Assembly (NCBI GenBank): GCA_963675185.2
Contig: CAXXOH010000003.1
Location: 74,517 to 138,516, forward strand
Direction of reading: 5' to 3'
DNA from: an uncultured Ilyobacter sp.
Lineage (GTDB): Bacteria; Fusobacteriota; Fusobacteriia; Fusobacteriales; Fusobacteriaceae
DNA: 64,000 bases
Shown here: positions 8,436 through 18,314 of the stretch, in pieces
How the letters are laid out: every line of letters starts with the position of its first letter
Position numbering within the stretch: the stretch's first letter is position 1
Translations under genes and position numbers: made by a program
The notes under the pieces: model-generated
What the model was told of the DNA's origin: nothing
Seen by the model: only the letters and a program-made list of their open reading frames with translations
The model's database searches: none

Positions 8436-9290
8436 ATGAAGAACATTAAAAAGATTATTATATTTTCTTTTATTGCTTTAGCTACAAGCGTATCTGCAAG
8501 CAATTTTAACACTGTAAAAGTAAACGCAGACGTCCTAAACGTTAGGGCTTCTGACAATATTGATTCTAAAATAATCGGAAAATCCATAAAAGACTCCGTG
8601 CTTTATACTGTAGGCGAGAGCGACAATTGGTTCAAAATTGATTTTGGAAAAAATACCGGCTGGGTAAGCAAAGATTACTTAGATATCTTAAGCGAATCCG
8701 TTCCGGTAAATGTAAACGCATCTGTACTAAATATGAGGGAGAGCCCGGATAAAGACGGGAATCTGCTCATGAAGCTTACCGAAGGGACGGACCTTGAAAT
8801 ACTCGACAAATCCGGAGACTGGTATGAGGTGGAACATAACGGTGTCACAGGATATGTTTTTGAAAAATATGTAAGCATAAGTGACGAAGGTGTAATTCCA
8901 TCAAAATTACCGAGAGAGGATATAGCTGCGGTTATAGAGTTTGCCAAGGAAAAACTTGGATCGGAATACGTGTGGGGGGCAAACGGCCCAACCCAGTTTG
9001 ACTGCTCAGGGTATGTAAAATACGTATTTGAAAACACTATAGGGGTAGAGCTTCCGAGGACCTCATATCTGCAAAGTAGATTGGACAACAAACTGGATTT
9101 CTCAGAATTAGAGACTGGGGACCTTGTGTTTTTTGATACCTCAAAGCAGGGAAGGGTAAACCATGTTGGGATCTATTTAGGAGACGGCAAGTTCATACAC
9201 GCTTCTTCGGCTAGGAGTAAGAAAAGGGTTACTATATCGGACCTTTCAAAATTTTATAAAAACGCCTTTAAATGGGGTGTCAGAATATAA
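8436..9290 (+). CDS. SH3b-domain NlpC/P60 peptidoglycan hydrolase
   Basis: Start moved to MKNIKK (RBS GAGGT). Signal peptide, two SH3b-like repeats (DNWFKIDFGKNTGWVSKDYL; GDWYEVEHNGVTGYVFEKYV), and the NlpC/P60 catalytic FDCSGYV...HVGIYLGDGKFIHA. Confidence 0.85.
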   Translation: MKNIKKIIIFSFIALATSVSASNFNTVKVNADVLNVRASDNIDSKIIGKSIKDSVLYTVGESDNWFKIDFGKNTGWVSKDYLDILSESVPVNVNASVLNMRESPDKDGNLLMKLTEGTDLEILDKSGDWYEVEHNGVTGYVFEKYVSISDEGVIPSKLPREDIAAVIEFAKEKLGSEYVWGANGPTQFDCSGYVKYVFENTIGVELPRTSYLQSRLDNKLDFSELETGDLVFFDTSKQGRVNHVGIYLGDGKFIHASSARSKKRVTISDLSKFYKNAFKWGVRI

Positions 9291-9291
9291 G

Positions 9292-9320
9292 AGGATCGGT
9301 TTAGCCGGTCCTTTTTTATT
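9292..9320 (+). terminator. intrinsic terminator
   Basis: AGGATCGG/CCGGTCCT hairpin followed by TTTTTTATTTT. Confidence 0.65.
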
Positions 9321-9345
9321 TTACTTAAGATTTTACTAATAAAAT

Positions 9346-9600
9346 ACTGAATTTATTTGAAAACCTTCTTTAGACACAGAGTTTCAAAGAGATTTAAAAC
9401 ATGAGGCGCACAGAGAAAACCTTTTAAAAATAATTTTTTGTCACGAATTTTCACGGATCACACGAATCGATTAAAATCTCTAGGCTATGCTTTACTTACA
9501 TATCTTTGTTTATTTTTTCTCTGCGAAACTCTTTATTCTCCTCCGTGTCACTCTGTGTCCAAAATATTTTTTATTAGTGTCCATTCGTGCGATTAGTGAC
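9346..9600 (+). repeat. structured intergenic repeat, copy 2
   Basis: Same module order as copy 1, starts with ACTGAATTTAT. GTCACGAATTTTCACGGATCACACGAATCG ... TTAGTGTCCATTCGTGCGATTAGTGAC. Confidence 0.85.
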
Positions 9601-9781
9601 TAAAACAGATATTTTTCATTTCTATGACTTTAAATCAACTCAATACTCTACATTAAGTTTCCTGCAACACCATAACGAAACCAATTAAAATTTTCTAGTA
9701 AACAAATTTTTATAAAGGATTTAGGGGCATAATTTTAATATCTTATAATATAGAGAAATTTGGAAATCGAGGGTGGATAAC

Positions 9782-10765
9782 ATGCGAAATTTTTTTCTTC
9801 TAATATTTATCTTGATCACGGCTACAAATATTTTTTCAGCGGAGTTCTGGGGTGAAGTGAAATCAGAATACCGTATTGAAAACTTAGAGGAAAGCAGGTT
9901 CCCTCTAGAGGCGAAACTTGGGACAGAGTTTTCGGAGGATGATTTCTATTCGCAGTTCGCCATAATAGGGGAGAGCACCGAATCGGAGGAGGGCGTGGAC
10001 GTCTATAGGGCTCACGTAGAGCTCTACAAAGACAACCTAACGCTTTCCATTGGTAGGCAAAAGCTGGTGTGGGGATCGGCTTTTATATTTAACTTGACAG
10101 ACGTTTTCAACCCTGTAGACATAGAAGACCCCAGGTCCGAAAAGGTAGGCACTGATTCCATCAGGCTAAAATACAATACCACAGCAATGTCCCGTCTCGA
10201 AGCTGTGGCTTTTAAAAATGACTTATCAAATAACAATTTCGGTTCGAGGTACACGTTTTTGTCTGGGGATTTCGAGTTCATGTTAAACTATCTGAACTAT
10301 AAGCAGTCGGTTTTCGACAGTGAAGAAACCCGTAGAAACGACCTTATATTCGAGTTCAAGGGCGATGTCGAAGTAGGATTGTGGGCCCAGTTGGAGCAGT
10401 ACTGGGAGGATTCGGACAGCGGCACTACCGCTGTAATTGGAACCGACTATACCTTCGATGTCATGCAAAAGACACTCTATACCCTGGCAGAAGGGGTGTA
10501 TGATTTCGGTGAAAAGGCGGCGGCAGTATACCTTATGTACAAATATGATTTCAGCGACTTGGCTTCATTCAATCAGAGTGCACTGATAAATCCAAAGGGT
10601 GGATCATTTTTTATAAGCAGCTATATCAGCTACATATTCAACGACTATGTCACCACAAAGACCGGTGTTAATTTTTATAACGATATGGAGCAGTTTGGGT
10701 TTGAGACGAGCGAGGGAAAACAGCTAGACAACGAGCTGTTCTTGGAAATGAAGTTATTCTTTTGA
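9782..10765 (+). CDS. predicted beta-barrel outer-membrane protein
   Basis: Start moved to ATG 9782 (GAGGG 8 nt upstream). Signal peptide ...ATNIFSAE, an IGRQKLVWGSAF motif, alternating beta-strand-like pattern, C-terminal ...EMKLFF (terminal Phe typical of OMPs). Confidence 0.6.
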   Translation: MRNFFLLIFILITATNIFSAEFWGEVKSEYRIENLEESRFPLEAKLGTEFSEDDFYSQFAIIGESTESEEGVDVYRAHVELYKDNLTLSIGRQKLVWGSAFIFNLTDVFNPVDIEDPRSEKVGTDSIRLKYNTTAMSRLEAVAFKNDLSNNNFGSRYTFLSGDFEFMLNYLNYKQSVFDSEETRRNDLIFEFKGDVEVGLWAQLEQYWEDSDSGTTAVIGTDYTFDVMQKTLYTLAEGVYDFGEKAAAVYLMYKYDFSDLASFNQSALINPKGGSFFISSYISYIFNDYVTTKTGVNFYNDMEQFGFETSEGKQLDNELFLEMKLFF

Positions 10766-10780
10766 TCGGAGGGGGATCAC

Positions 10781-11455
10781 ATGGCAATCGTGGAGTTGAA
10801 TGATTTAAAAAAAGATTATATAAATGGAAAGGTAACGGTAAAAGCATTAAAGGGCATAACTCTTTCTATAGAAAAGGGGGAGTTTACAGTTTTTGCAGGT
10901 CCTTCAGGTTCCGGTAAGACAACCCTTCTAAACATAATAGGCGCCATGGATACTGCAAGCAGCGGGAGAGTGGTCGTTGCAGGCCATGATATATCCCAAC
11001 TCAGCAGAAAAGAAGCCTCTAATTTCAGGAAAGAAAAAATCGGTTTTATCTTTCAAAACTACAACCTGATACCAGTTTTGACGGTCTATGAAAACATAAT
11101 TTTTTCACTGGATTTGATGAAAAGACATGATAAATCTCATAAAAAGAAGCTTGTAGAAGAAATAATGGCAGACCTTGGGATTTCCGAGCTGAGAAATAGG
11201 AAGCCATCAGAGATATCCGGCGGACAGCAGCAGAGGGTGGCCATAGCCAGGGCCCTTGTGAAAAGACCGGACATAATATTGGCGGACGAACCAACTGCAA
11301 ATCTCGACACCCAGACCGGAGAAAGTATAATAGATCTGATGAAAAAGCTGAACCAGGAAAAAAATATCACCTTTATTTTTTCCTCCCACGACCACATGAT
11401 AATAGAGAGGGCTAACAGGGTGATTGACTTAAGAGACGGCAAATTAGAAAGGTAG
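10781..11455 (+). CDS. MacB/LolD-type ABC transporter ATP-binding protein
   Basis: GPSGSGKTT, ISGGQQQRVAIARAL, ILADEPTANLD. Confidence 0.9.
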   Translation: MAIVELNDLKKDYINGKVTVKALKGITLSIEKGEFTVFAGPSGSGKTTLLNIIGAMDTASSGRVVVAGHDISQLSRKEASNFRKEKIGFIFQNYNLIPVLTVYENIIFSLDLMKRHDKSHKKKLVEEIMADLGISELRNRKPSEISGGQQQRVAIARALVKRPDIILADEPTANLDTQTGESIIDLMKKLNQEKNITFIFSSHDHMIIERANRVIDLRDGKLER

Positions 11456-11461
11456 ATTACT

Positions 11462-12652
11462 ATGATACTTAAAATGGCATTCAGAAACATTTTTCGTCAC
11501 AGAATAAGAACAGCCCTTACCATGGTGACTATGATCGTAGGGATATTCTTGGCCTTATTAGGGGAGGGTATAAACAGCGGGTTAGAAGTGCAGGTAAAGG
11601 ACATCTATATAAATACAGAGACGGCAAACTACAAACTGTATGCAAACGGATTTTACGACGATAAGGAAGATAACGATCAACTTGAATTCCCGATAAAGAA
11701 ATCGGACTCCATTGCGGGATTGTTAAAGGAGAATAAATTTTCCCCGAGAATAAGCTTTAAGGGAAGCATTACAAACGGTTTAGAAGAACTGTCGGTTGAC
11801 ATACTCGGTGTAGATAAAGATATGGAAAATTCAGTATTCAATCGTAACGGGTATATGGATTCCGGTACCTTTCTGAACAAGCCGGAAGGGGTAGTGATAG
11901 GCAGTGACCTATTCCAGCTTCTTAACCTAAAACTGGGCGATGGGGTAACTCTTATAGCCAGAACCTCTAAAAACAGTATAAATGCATATGATCTGTCGGT
12001 GGAGGGGGTCATTAAGACCGGCAACCCACTTTTGGACAGTAGGCTTGTATTTATCAACATGGACTTGGCTGAAAAATTTGCAGACACAGAGTCAATAAAC
12101 GATATCGCCATAAAAGGAGAGCTGAGTCCTTTACAGATAAGCGAGCTGAAAAAACTTGGTGTAGATGTGTTAAGCTGGCACGATGAGGTAAAAGGAATTT
12201 TGGAGATAGCTCGAATCAGGAGAAAGGCTTTTGCTATAATAAGTTTTACTATACTTCTTATGGCAGGAGTTGGGATAGCCAATACAATGATAATGGCCAT
12301 GCTGGAAAGGCAAAAAGAGATAGGGATAATGATGGCAAACGGTATGTCTAGAAAGGATATACTGCTTCTTTTTTTAGGTGAAGGCACAATAGTTGGAACT
12401 ATCGGCAGTTTTCTAGGGTTTGTCCTCGGTACAATTTTTGTTCTATACTATCAGAAAAACGGTATAGCTGTAGATCTGGACACCGCTGATCTGGGTATGA
12501 GCATTCCTATTTCTGAAAAATTGTACACATATTTTGATTTAAGCAAGTCTATAGTCTTCATGCTTATCGGAATCTTGATATCCATTCTGGCTATATTATA
12601 TCCCTCGATAAAATCAACAAGGTTAAATCCTATCGAAGTCATAAGGGACTAG
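11462..12652 (+). CDS. FtsX/MacB-type ABC permease
   Basis: N-terminal TM (MAFRNIFRHRIRT...), large extracytoplasmic domain, three C-terminal TMs. Confidence 0.85.
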   Translation: MILKMAFRNIFRHRIRTALTMVTMIVGIFLALLGEGINSGLEVQVKDIYINTETANYKLYANGFYDDKEDNDQLEFPIKKSDSIAGLLKENKFSPRISFKGSITNGLEELSVDILGVDKDMENSVFNRNGYMDSGTFLNKPEGVVIGSDLFQLLNLKLGDGVTLIARTSKNSINAYDLSVEGVIKTGNPLLDSRLVFINMDLAEKFADTESINDIAIKGELSPLQISELKKLGVDVLSWHDEVKGILEIARIRRKAFAIISFTILLMAGVGIANTMIMAMLERQKEIGIMMANGMSRKDILLLFLGEGTIVGTIGSFLGFVLGTIFVLYYQKNGIAVDLDTADLGMSIPISEKLYTYFDLSKSIVFMLIGILISILAILYPSIKSTRLNPIEVIRD

Positions 12653-12661
12653 GTGAATTGT

Positions 12662-13873
12662 ATGTTAAAAATGGCGTTAAGAAACATATTCAGAAACAAA
12701 AAACGTAGCTTTCTCACAACCCTTATAGTCATTATCGGTATAGCAGGTATGACCGTTGGGCAAGGATGGTTTACAGGGGCAGAATCCATGTTTACAGACG
12801 AAGGCAAACGGATAACTGGAGATATCCGGATAACCGCTCGAGATTTCGAGATAAAGGAAAAGTCACTCGACGTTTCATCTAATATAGACTATATCCCCAT
12901 CAGAGAAAAAATAAACAGCATTAGTGACGGCGTAAGGGATGTTGCCAGGATAAAATTCGGTGCCGCCATGTTTTACGGCGACGAGGATGAAAAGGGGCTA
13001 GGATTTGGCATAGAAGAGGCCGACTACAGCATAATCGGATTTGAGCATTTTATATATGAAGGTAGATTTTTGGATTTCAATTCTCAAAGTGAAATACTGG
13101 TGGGGGAAAAATTAAAAAGAAAATTAAACCTAAAATTAGGTGACGAAGTCACACTTTTGACCGCTACTCAAAATGGTTCCATCTCAGCGTTTAATTATGC
13201 AGTAGTAGGGTTTTATAAAATGGATAACAGCAGACTGAACCGCAGCTTTTATATTACTATATCCGATGCCCAATACCTACTTGATTTAGAACAAAACTGC
13301 ACAGAATATCTAATTTTTTTAGACAACCCTGATTTAGCAGAAAAAACATTGCAATTATTGAAGGATAACTACGGGGATGCCTTTTTAATAAAAAGCTGGG
13401 ATGAAATAGGAATAAATAAGTATATTTCAGCTGTTGTTCCAATTGTGAGAAATATTTTTATAAGCATATTGGCAATACTCTGCGCTGTCGGCATATCCAA
13501 CACCATGATCATGGTAGTCTTTGAAAGGAGAAAGGAAATCGGTATACTAAAATCAATGGGTATGAAAACTCAGGAAATTAGAAGTCTATTTTGTATAGAG
13601 GGCGGCGTAATCGGGTTGATGGGCTCATTTTTAGGAATGCTTATAGGTGGAGGCATCGTTTACTACTATTCAATTACAGGGGTAAATCTTGGTTCAGTCC
13701 TTGAGAATATTTCAGATGAAATAAACGTAAAGAGTATAATATATATGGGGTTTTCTTTTAAAATACTACTAAGATCTTTTACAGTAGGGTTTACAGCTAC
13801 TGTTTTATCCACACTGTTATCCGTGAATCCAGAACTTAAAAAATCTGCTGTTGAAAATCTTAGAAATGAATAG
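12662..13873 (+). CDS. FtsX/MacB-type ABC permease (second copy)
   Basis: Start moved to ATG 12662 (MLKMALRNIF, parallel to the MILKMAFRNIF of the preceding gene; AGGTGA RBS). Confidence 0.85.
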   Translation: MLKMALRNIFRNKKRSFLTTLIVIIGIAGMTVGQGWFTGAESMFTDEGKRITGDIRITARDFEIKEKSLDVSSNIDYIPIREKINSISDGVRDVARIKFGAAMFYGDEDEKGLGFGIEEADYSIIGFEHFIYEGRFLDFNSQSEILVGEKLKRKLNLKLGDEVTLLTATQNGSISAFNYAVVGFYKMDNSRLNRSFYITISDAQYLLDLEQNCTEYLIFLDNPDLAEKTLQLLKDNYGDAFLIKSWDEIGINKYISAVVPIVRNIFISILAILCAVGISNTMIMVVFERRKEIGILKSMGMKTQEIRSLFCIEGGVIGLMGSFLGMLIGGGIVYYYSITGVNLGSVLENISDEINVKSIIYMGFSFKILLRSFTVGFTATVLSTLLSVNPELKKSAVENLRNE

Positions 13874-13882
13874 GGTGATTTT

Positions 13883-14608
13883 ATGAAAAATCTGATTTTT
13901 TTCCTATTTTTTTTAATCTGTACAAGCAGCTACCCGGAAACAGCTACCGAGATTTTAGACAAGGTAGACTATAATATGACACCTGACAAGGTAGTTTATG
14001 ACGGAGAGATGATCATCAATAAAAAAGATAAAGTTTACCATAAGGAGATGAAGATACAGGCTATAGGAGCTGAAAAGGCTTTTATAGAATTTACTTCTCC
14101 ACCCAGAGACAAGGGAACTCGCTACCTGAGAAACGACGAAAACCTTTGGATGTATTTCCCTAAAGCCAACAGAACTATAAAAATATCCGGCCATATGCTA
14201 AGGCAAAGCATGATGGGGAGCGATATCTCCTATGAGGATCAAACCGACAGGAACAAACTAAACGAACTATATGACTCCTCAATACTTTCAGAAACAGATG
14301 AAATATATACCCTTGAACTTTTGGCTAAAGAGGGGATTGAGACCTCTTATTATAGGAGGGTGATCGACATAGCAAAGGATACCTATACCATAAAAAACTC
14401 CAGTATGTACGCCAACTCTGGAAAACTGCTGAAGGTTCTGACAGTAGAAGAGATTGAGAAGATAGGGGATAGATACTATATAACAAGTTTTTTAATGGAA
14501 GACAAGATAAGGCTGGATTCTTACACGAGGTTGATCTTGAAAAACATAAAAATAGATGTAGACATCTCCGAAGATGCCTTTACACTTAAAAATCTAGAGA
14601 GAAGATAA
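13883..14608 (+). CDS. LolA-like outer-membrane lipoprotein-sorting family protein
   Basis: Signal peptide. ...AFIEFTSPPRDKGTRYLRNDENLWMYFPKANRTIKISGHMLRQSMMGSDISYED is typical of the LolA-like family that accompanies MacB-type ABC systems. Confidence 0.6.
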   Translation: MKNLIFFLFFLICTSSYPETATEILDKVDYNMTPDKVVYDGEMIINKKDKVYHKEMKIQAIGAEKAFIEFTSPPRDKGTRYLRNDENLWMYFPKANRTIKISGHMLRQSMMGSDISYEDQTDRNKLNELYDSSILSETDEIYTLELLAKEGIETSYYRRVIDIAKDTYTIKNSSMYANSGKLLKVLTVEEIEKIGDRYYITSFLMEDKIRLDSYTRLILKNIKIDVDISEDAFTLKNLERR

Positions 14609-14609
14609 A

Positions 14610-14645
14610 GAGGCTGTTGATTTTCAACAGCCTCCCTTATTTAAT
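14610..14645. terminator. bidirectional terminator
   Basis: GAGGCTGTTGA ttt TCAACAGCCTC (14610-14634) between convergent genes. Confidence 0.75.
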
Positions 14646-14649
14646 AATT

Positions 14650-16041
14650 TTATTTTTTATCACTTAACTTTTCATGTATGGCGGCAGCAGCCTTCTTGCC
14701 TGCTCCCATAGCCAGTATTACAGTTGCGGCTCCGCTTACTACGTCTCCTCCTGCATACACATCCTCTTTTGTGGTCTCCATAGTCTCTTCGTTTACCACT
14801 ATCCCACCCCATTTGTGGGTATCCATATCTGAGGTTGTCTGCTTTATCAGCGGGTTAGGGGTCTGGCCTATAGACATGATAACAGTGTCCACGTCTATCA
14901 GGTATTCGCTTCCCTCTTTCACAACCGGCCTTCTTCTACCTGAAGCATCAGGCTCACCTAGCTCCATTTCAACGCATTTCAAGCTATCCACCCAGCCTTC
15001 TTTCCCAACTATCTCAACAGGGTTTGTAAGAAGTTTGAACTGTATCCCCTCTTCTTTTGCGTGGTGCACCTCTTCCAGCCTTGCAGGAAGCTCGCTTTCA
15101 CTTCTCCTGTAGACGATGTACACATTCTCAGCCCCAAGCCTAAGCGCCGTCCTAGCAGCATCCATTGCCACGTTTCCGCCGCCCACTACAGCCACGTTTT
15201 TCCCTACAGATACAGGGGTCACTGCATTTTCCTTATAGGCCTTCATCAGGTTTACCCTTGTAAGGAACTCGTTTGCCGAGTATACCCCGTTTAGGTTTTC
15301 ACCAGGTATCTCCATGAACTTAGGCAGCCCTGCACCGCTTCCTATGAATATAGCGTCGAACTCTTCCTTCAGCTCGTCTACAGTTATGGATTTACCCACA
15401 ATTACGTTCGTTTTTAGTTCCACACCGAGTTTTTTTATCTTTTCTATCTCGAACTGAACTATATCTTTCGGAAGACGGAATTCAGGTATACCGTAAGTAA
15501 GCACCCCCCCGGATTTGTGAAGGGCTTCAAATATGCTTACTTCATAACCCAATTTAGCCAGCTCTCCAGCGCAGCTTAGCCCTGCAGGTCCGCTCCCTAT
15601 AACAGCAACTTTTTTGCCGTTTTTCTCTATCTCTACCTCTTTTTCTGTCTTGTTTTCCCTCATATAGTCGGCTACAAACCTCTCAAGTCTACCTATGGCG
15701 ACAGCCTCACCCTTAAGGGCCCTTACGCACACGCTTTCGCATTGGCTCTCTTGAGGACAGACCCTACCGCATATAGCAGGAAGGTTGTTTGAATCCATTA
15801 TCACATCATAAGCCTTTTCGAAGTTCCCCTCTGCAACCTCTTTTATGAACTCAGGTATGTTAACCCCAACAGGGCACTTAACCACACATTTAGGATTTTT
15901 ACACTGGAGGCATCTTTTAGCCTCCTCCATAGCCTGCTCTTTTGTATACCCCGTGGCCACCTCTTTGAAGTTTTTTCCTCTTTCCTTAGGGTCCCTCTCA
16001 GGCATCTTTACTTTTTCAGTACTCATATTAAATTTGCTCAT
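14650..16041 (-). CDS. nfnB: NfnB / glutamate-synthase-small-chain-like NADPH oxidoreductase
   Basis: Start moved to Met 16041 (AGGGGGAG RBS). Cys clusters CLQCKNPKCVVKCP and CGRVCPQESQCESVC; dinucleotide motifs GSGPAGL and VVGGGNVAMD. Confidence 0.85.
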   Translation of the reverse strand: MSKFNMSTEKVKMPERDPKERGKNFKEVATGYTKEQAMEEAKRCLQCKNPKCVVKCPVGVNIPEFIKEVAEGNFEKAYDVIMDSNNLPAICGRVCPQESQCESVCVRALKGEAVAIGRLERFVADYMRENKTEKEVEIEKNGKKVAVIGSGPAGLSCAGELAKLGYEVSIFEALHKSGGVLTYGIPEFRLPKDIVQFEIEKIKKLGVELKTNVIVGKSITVDELKEEFDAIFIGSGAGLPKFMEIPGENLNGVYSANEFLTRVNLMKAYKENAVTPVSVGKNVAVVGGGNVAMDAARTALRLGAENVYIVYRRSESELPARLEEVHHAKEEGIQFKLLTNPVEIVGKEGWVDSLKCVEMELGEPDASGRRRPVVKEGSEYLIDVDTVIMSIGQTPNPLIKQTTSDMDTHKWGGIVVNEETMETTKEDVYAGGDVVSGAATVILAMGAGKKAAAAIHEKLSDKK

Positions 16042-16105
16042 TATTCTCCCCCTAAAAACCACTTTCTTAATTATTACCTAAAATTCCTGTCTATAAATTA
16101 CTTCA

Positions 16106-16939
16106 TTATTTTTTTATCTGTTGGTCCAGCCTGCAGATATGCTCTTCTTCTTTCTTCTTGTACATCCCCTGTCTAGCTATCAGCTCGTCGAAATCTACCA
16201 AGAACCCGTCAAAGTCAGGTCCGTCAACGCAGGCGAACTTGGTCTCGTCCCCGTAAGTGAGTCTGCACCCTCCGCACATACCGGTACCGTCTATCATTAT
16301 AGGGTTTAGAGAAACCGATGTCCTTATGTTGTGCTCCTTTGTTATATCCACTACGGCCTTCATCATTCTAAGAGGCCCTATAGAGATAACCTCGTCTATC
16401 TCGTCATCTTGAGCTATGAGTTCCTTCAGCATATCAGTAACAAACCCTTTTCTACCCAGAGATCCGTCGTCTGTGCATATATAGAAGTTATCCACAACTT
16501 TTTCCAGCTCTTCTTTTAATATTATATAGTCTTTGTTTCTTGCACCGAGTATAAGATCAACTTGGAACCCTAACTCCTTGTACTCCTTAAGCTGAGGGTA
16601 TATAGGCGCTGCCCCTACTCCTCCGGCGACTCCGACTATTCTCTTGCCTTTTATATGTTTTATGGCTTTTCCAAGCGGTCCAGCAACAGCAAAGATGCTG
16701 TCTCCTACGTTTTTCTGACCCAGAAGCTTGGTCGAGTACCCTACTTTCTGATATATAATGGTGATGCTCTCTTTTTCCCTATCATAATCAGCTATGGTCA
16801 AAGGGACTCTTTCTCCCTCTTCGTCCACCATTACAATTATGAACTGTCCCGCCCTGCATTTTTTTGCAACGAAGGGAGCGTGTATCTCCATTTTTTCTAC
16901 GTCGTTATTCAAAATCTTTTTATCAAGTATCTTATACAT
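16106..16939 (-). CDS. nfnA: NfnA / PyrK-SudB-like FAD + [2Fe-2S] subunit
   Basis: 277 aa; GVAGGVGAAP NAD-binding motif and the C-terminal GTGMCGGCRL...FACVDGP cluster. Paired with the GltD-like gene. Confidence 0.8.
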   Translation of the reverse strand: MYKILDKKILNNDVEKMEIHAPFVAKKCRAGQFIIVMVDEEGERVPLTIADYDREKESITIIYQKVGYSTKLLGQKNVGDSIFAVAGPLGKAIKHIKGKRIVGVAGGVGAAPIYPQLKEYKELGFQVDLILGARNKDYIILKEELEKVVDNFYICTDDGSLGRKGFVTDMLKELIAQDDEIDEVISIGPLRMMKAVVDITKEHNIRTSVSLNPIMIDGTGMCGGCRLTYGDETKFACVDGPDFDGFLVDFDELIARQGMYKKKEEEHICRLDQQIKK

Positions 16940-16977
16940 CTAGCACCTCCGACAACTTATTATCTCATTATATCTTA

Positions 16978-17007
16978 TTCATTACGTCATTGTTCATTAC
17001 GTCATTG
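16978..17007. repeat. perfect tandem direct repeat (2 x 15 bp)
   Basis: TTCATTACGTCATTG TTCATTACGTCATTG, 39-68 bp upstream of the nfnA start (minus strand). Confidence 0.9.
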
Positions 17008-17175
17008 TACATCTTTTCTTTTTTTTTTTCAATTCCTAATTTTCTGACAAATTAACCGTATGCCCGCTATCTTTACGAAAATAATATGAATATAAATATT
17101 TTAAAACTTTAACTCTAAAATTTCATAGGGTGTATTTTAAATTTTTTTTTTATAAATTACAATGTATGTCAACCT

Positions 17176-17207
17176 AAACTTAATTGTGCTGCCGCACAAT
17201 TAAGTTT
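17176..17207. repeat. perfect 14-bp-arm palindrome
   Basis: AAACTTAATTGTGC tgcc GCACAATTAAGTTT in the nfnA-msrA divergent intergenic region. Confidence 0.9.
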
Positions 17208-17393
17208 TTCAAATTCAAAGTTTTTATCCTTAAAAAATCAAATCTGCTTAATAATTTAAAAAGTTAAAAAAAAGGGACTTTTAATGAATTTCAGCAAATA
17301 ATTCTTAGATATTTTTATAAATTCAAGCAGGAGTTTTTATGCATTCCCGAGTATATTAATTTTGGAAGCTTTTTATCAAAAAATATTCTATCA

Positions 17394-18011
17394 ATGAAAG
17401 GATTGAAGCTTATGCTAATATTTTACAAAAAAATAATTTTTATACTGGCATTTACGCTGTTTTTTAACTTTGCTTACAGTGACGAGATACTAGAAAAGGC
17501 AACTTTCGCCGGCGGATGCTTTTGGTGTATGGAACCTCCATTTGAAAAACTGGATGGTGTAAAAGAGGTTATATCAGGTTATACAGGTGGAAATATAGCT
17601 AACCCTACTTACAAACAGGTTTCAGCCGGAAAGACCGGGCATTTGGAATCCGTGCAGATAACTTATGATCCGAAAAAAATTTCCTATAATGAACTCCTGG
17701 ATGTATTTTGGAGGCAGATAAACCCAACAGATGCCGGAGGACAGTTTGTAGACAGGGGAGAACAATACAGAAGTGCTATCTTCTACCACAATGAAAAACA
17801 GAAACAACTGGCCGAGCTATCTAAAAATACTCTGGAAAACCTGAATATCTTTGGTTCGCCCATAGTGACTGAAATACTTCCTGCTTCGGAATTTTACCCT
17901 GCCGAAGATTATCATCAAGATTACTATAAAAAAAGGCCTTTCAGGTATAAATTCTATCGTCGGGGTTCTGGCAGGGACAAATTTCTTCAAAAAATCTGGG
18001 GGGAAAAGTAA
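17394..18011 (+). CDS. msrA: peptide-methionine (S)-S-oxide reductase with signal peptide
   Basis: GGCFWCMEPPF active-site motif; hydrophobic N-terminal leader. Confidence 0.9.
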   Translation: MKGLKLMLIFYKKIIFILAFTLFFNFAYSDEILEKATFAGGCFWCMEPPFEKLDGVKEVISGYTGGNIANPTYKQVSAGKTGHLESVQITYDPKKISYNELLDVFWRQINPTDAGGQFVDRGEQYRSAIFYHNEKQKQLAELSKNTLENLNIFGSPIVTEILPASEFYPAEDYHQDYYKKRPFRYKFYRRGSGRDKFLQKIWGEK

Positions 18012-18201
18012 CCCCCTTTTTTTTGCTTAAGTATTTTTGTTAAAAAAATTTAATTTTTTTGTAATAATTATTCAGCCACATCTGTGATAAAATTCCATAA
18101 CTTTTGAATAACTCACGTCAAATATCGGTTTTCTTTTACAATATGTTATGTAAAGAGAAAATATATTAACATGATATATTAAAACCTTTAAGTAATTTTA
18201 A

Positions 18202-18230
18202 TTGACTTTTTAAGAAACTGTCTATATAAT
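18202..18230 (+). promoter_or_regulatory. sigma-70-like promoter of the thr operon
   Basis: TTGACT (18202-18207), 17 nt, TATAAT (18225-18230). Confidence 0.6.
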
Positions 18231-18314
18231 AAGGACAATTGCCCACTCACAGAGGACAGAGTTAATTTAGACTGGATAAAGTTAAAATATATTTTAAATA
18301 AATGGGAGGACAAA

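Noticed and set aside
11046-12387. Minus-strand ORFs overlapping the ABC ATPase and permease genes
   Set aside because: They are antisense to genes with Walker and FtsX signatures, and they have no RBS or motifs.
17176-17207. Rex or CRP/FNR operator
   Set aside because: The half-site spacing (TTGTG-N6-CACAA) does not match Rex (N8) or CRP (TGTGA-N6-TCACA). It is left as an unassigned palindrome.
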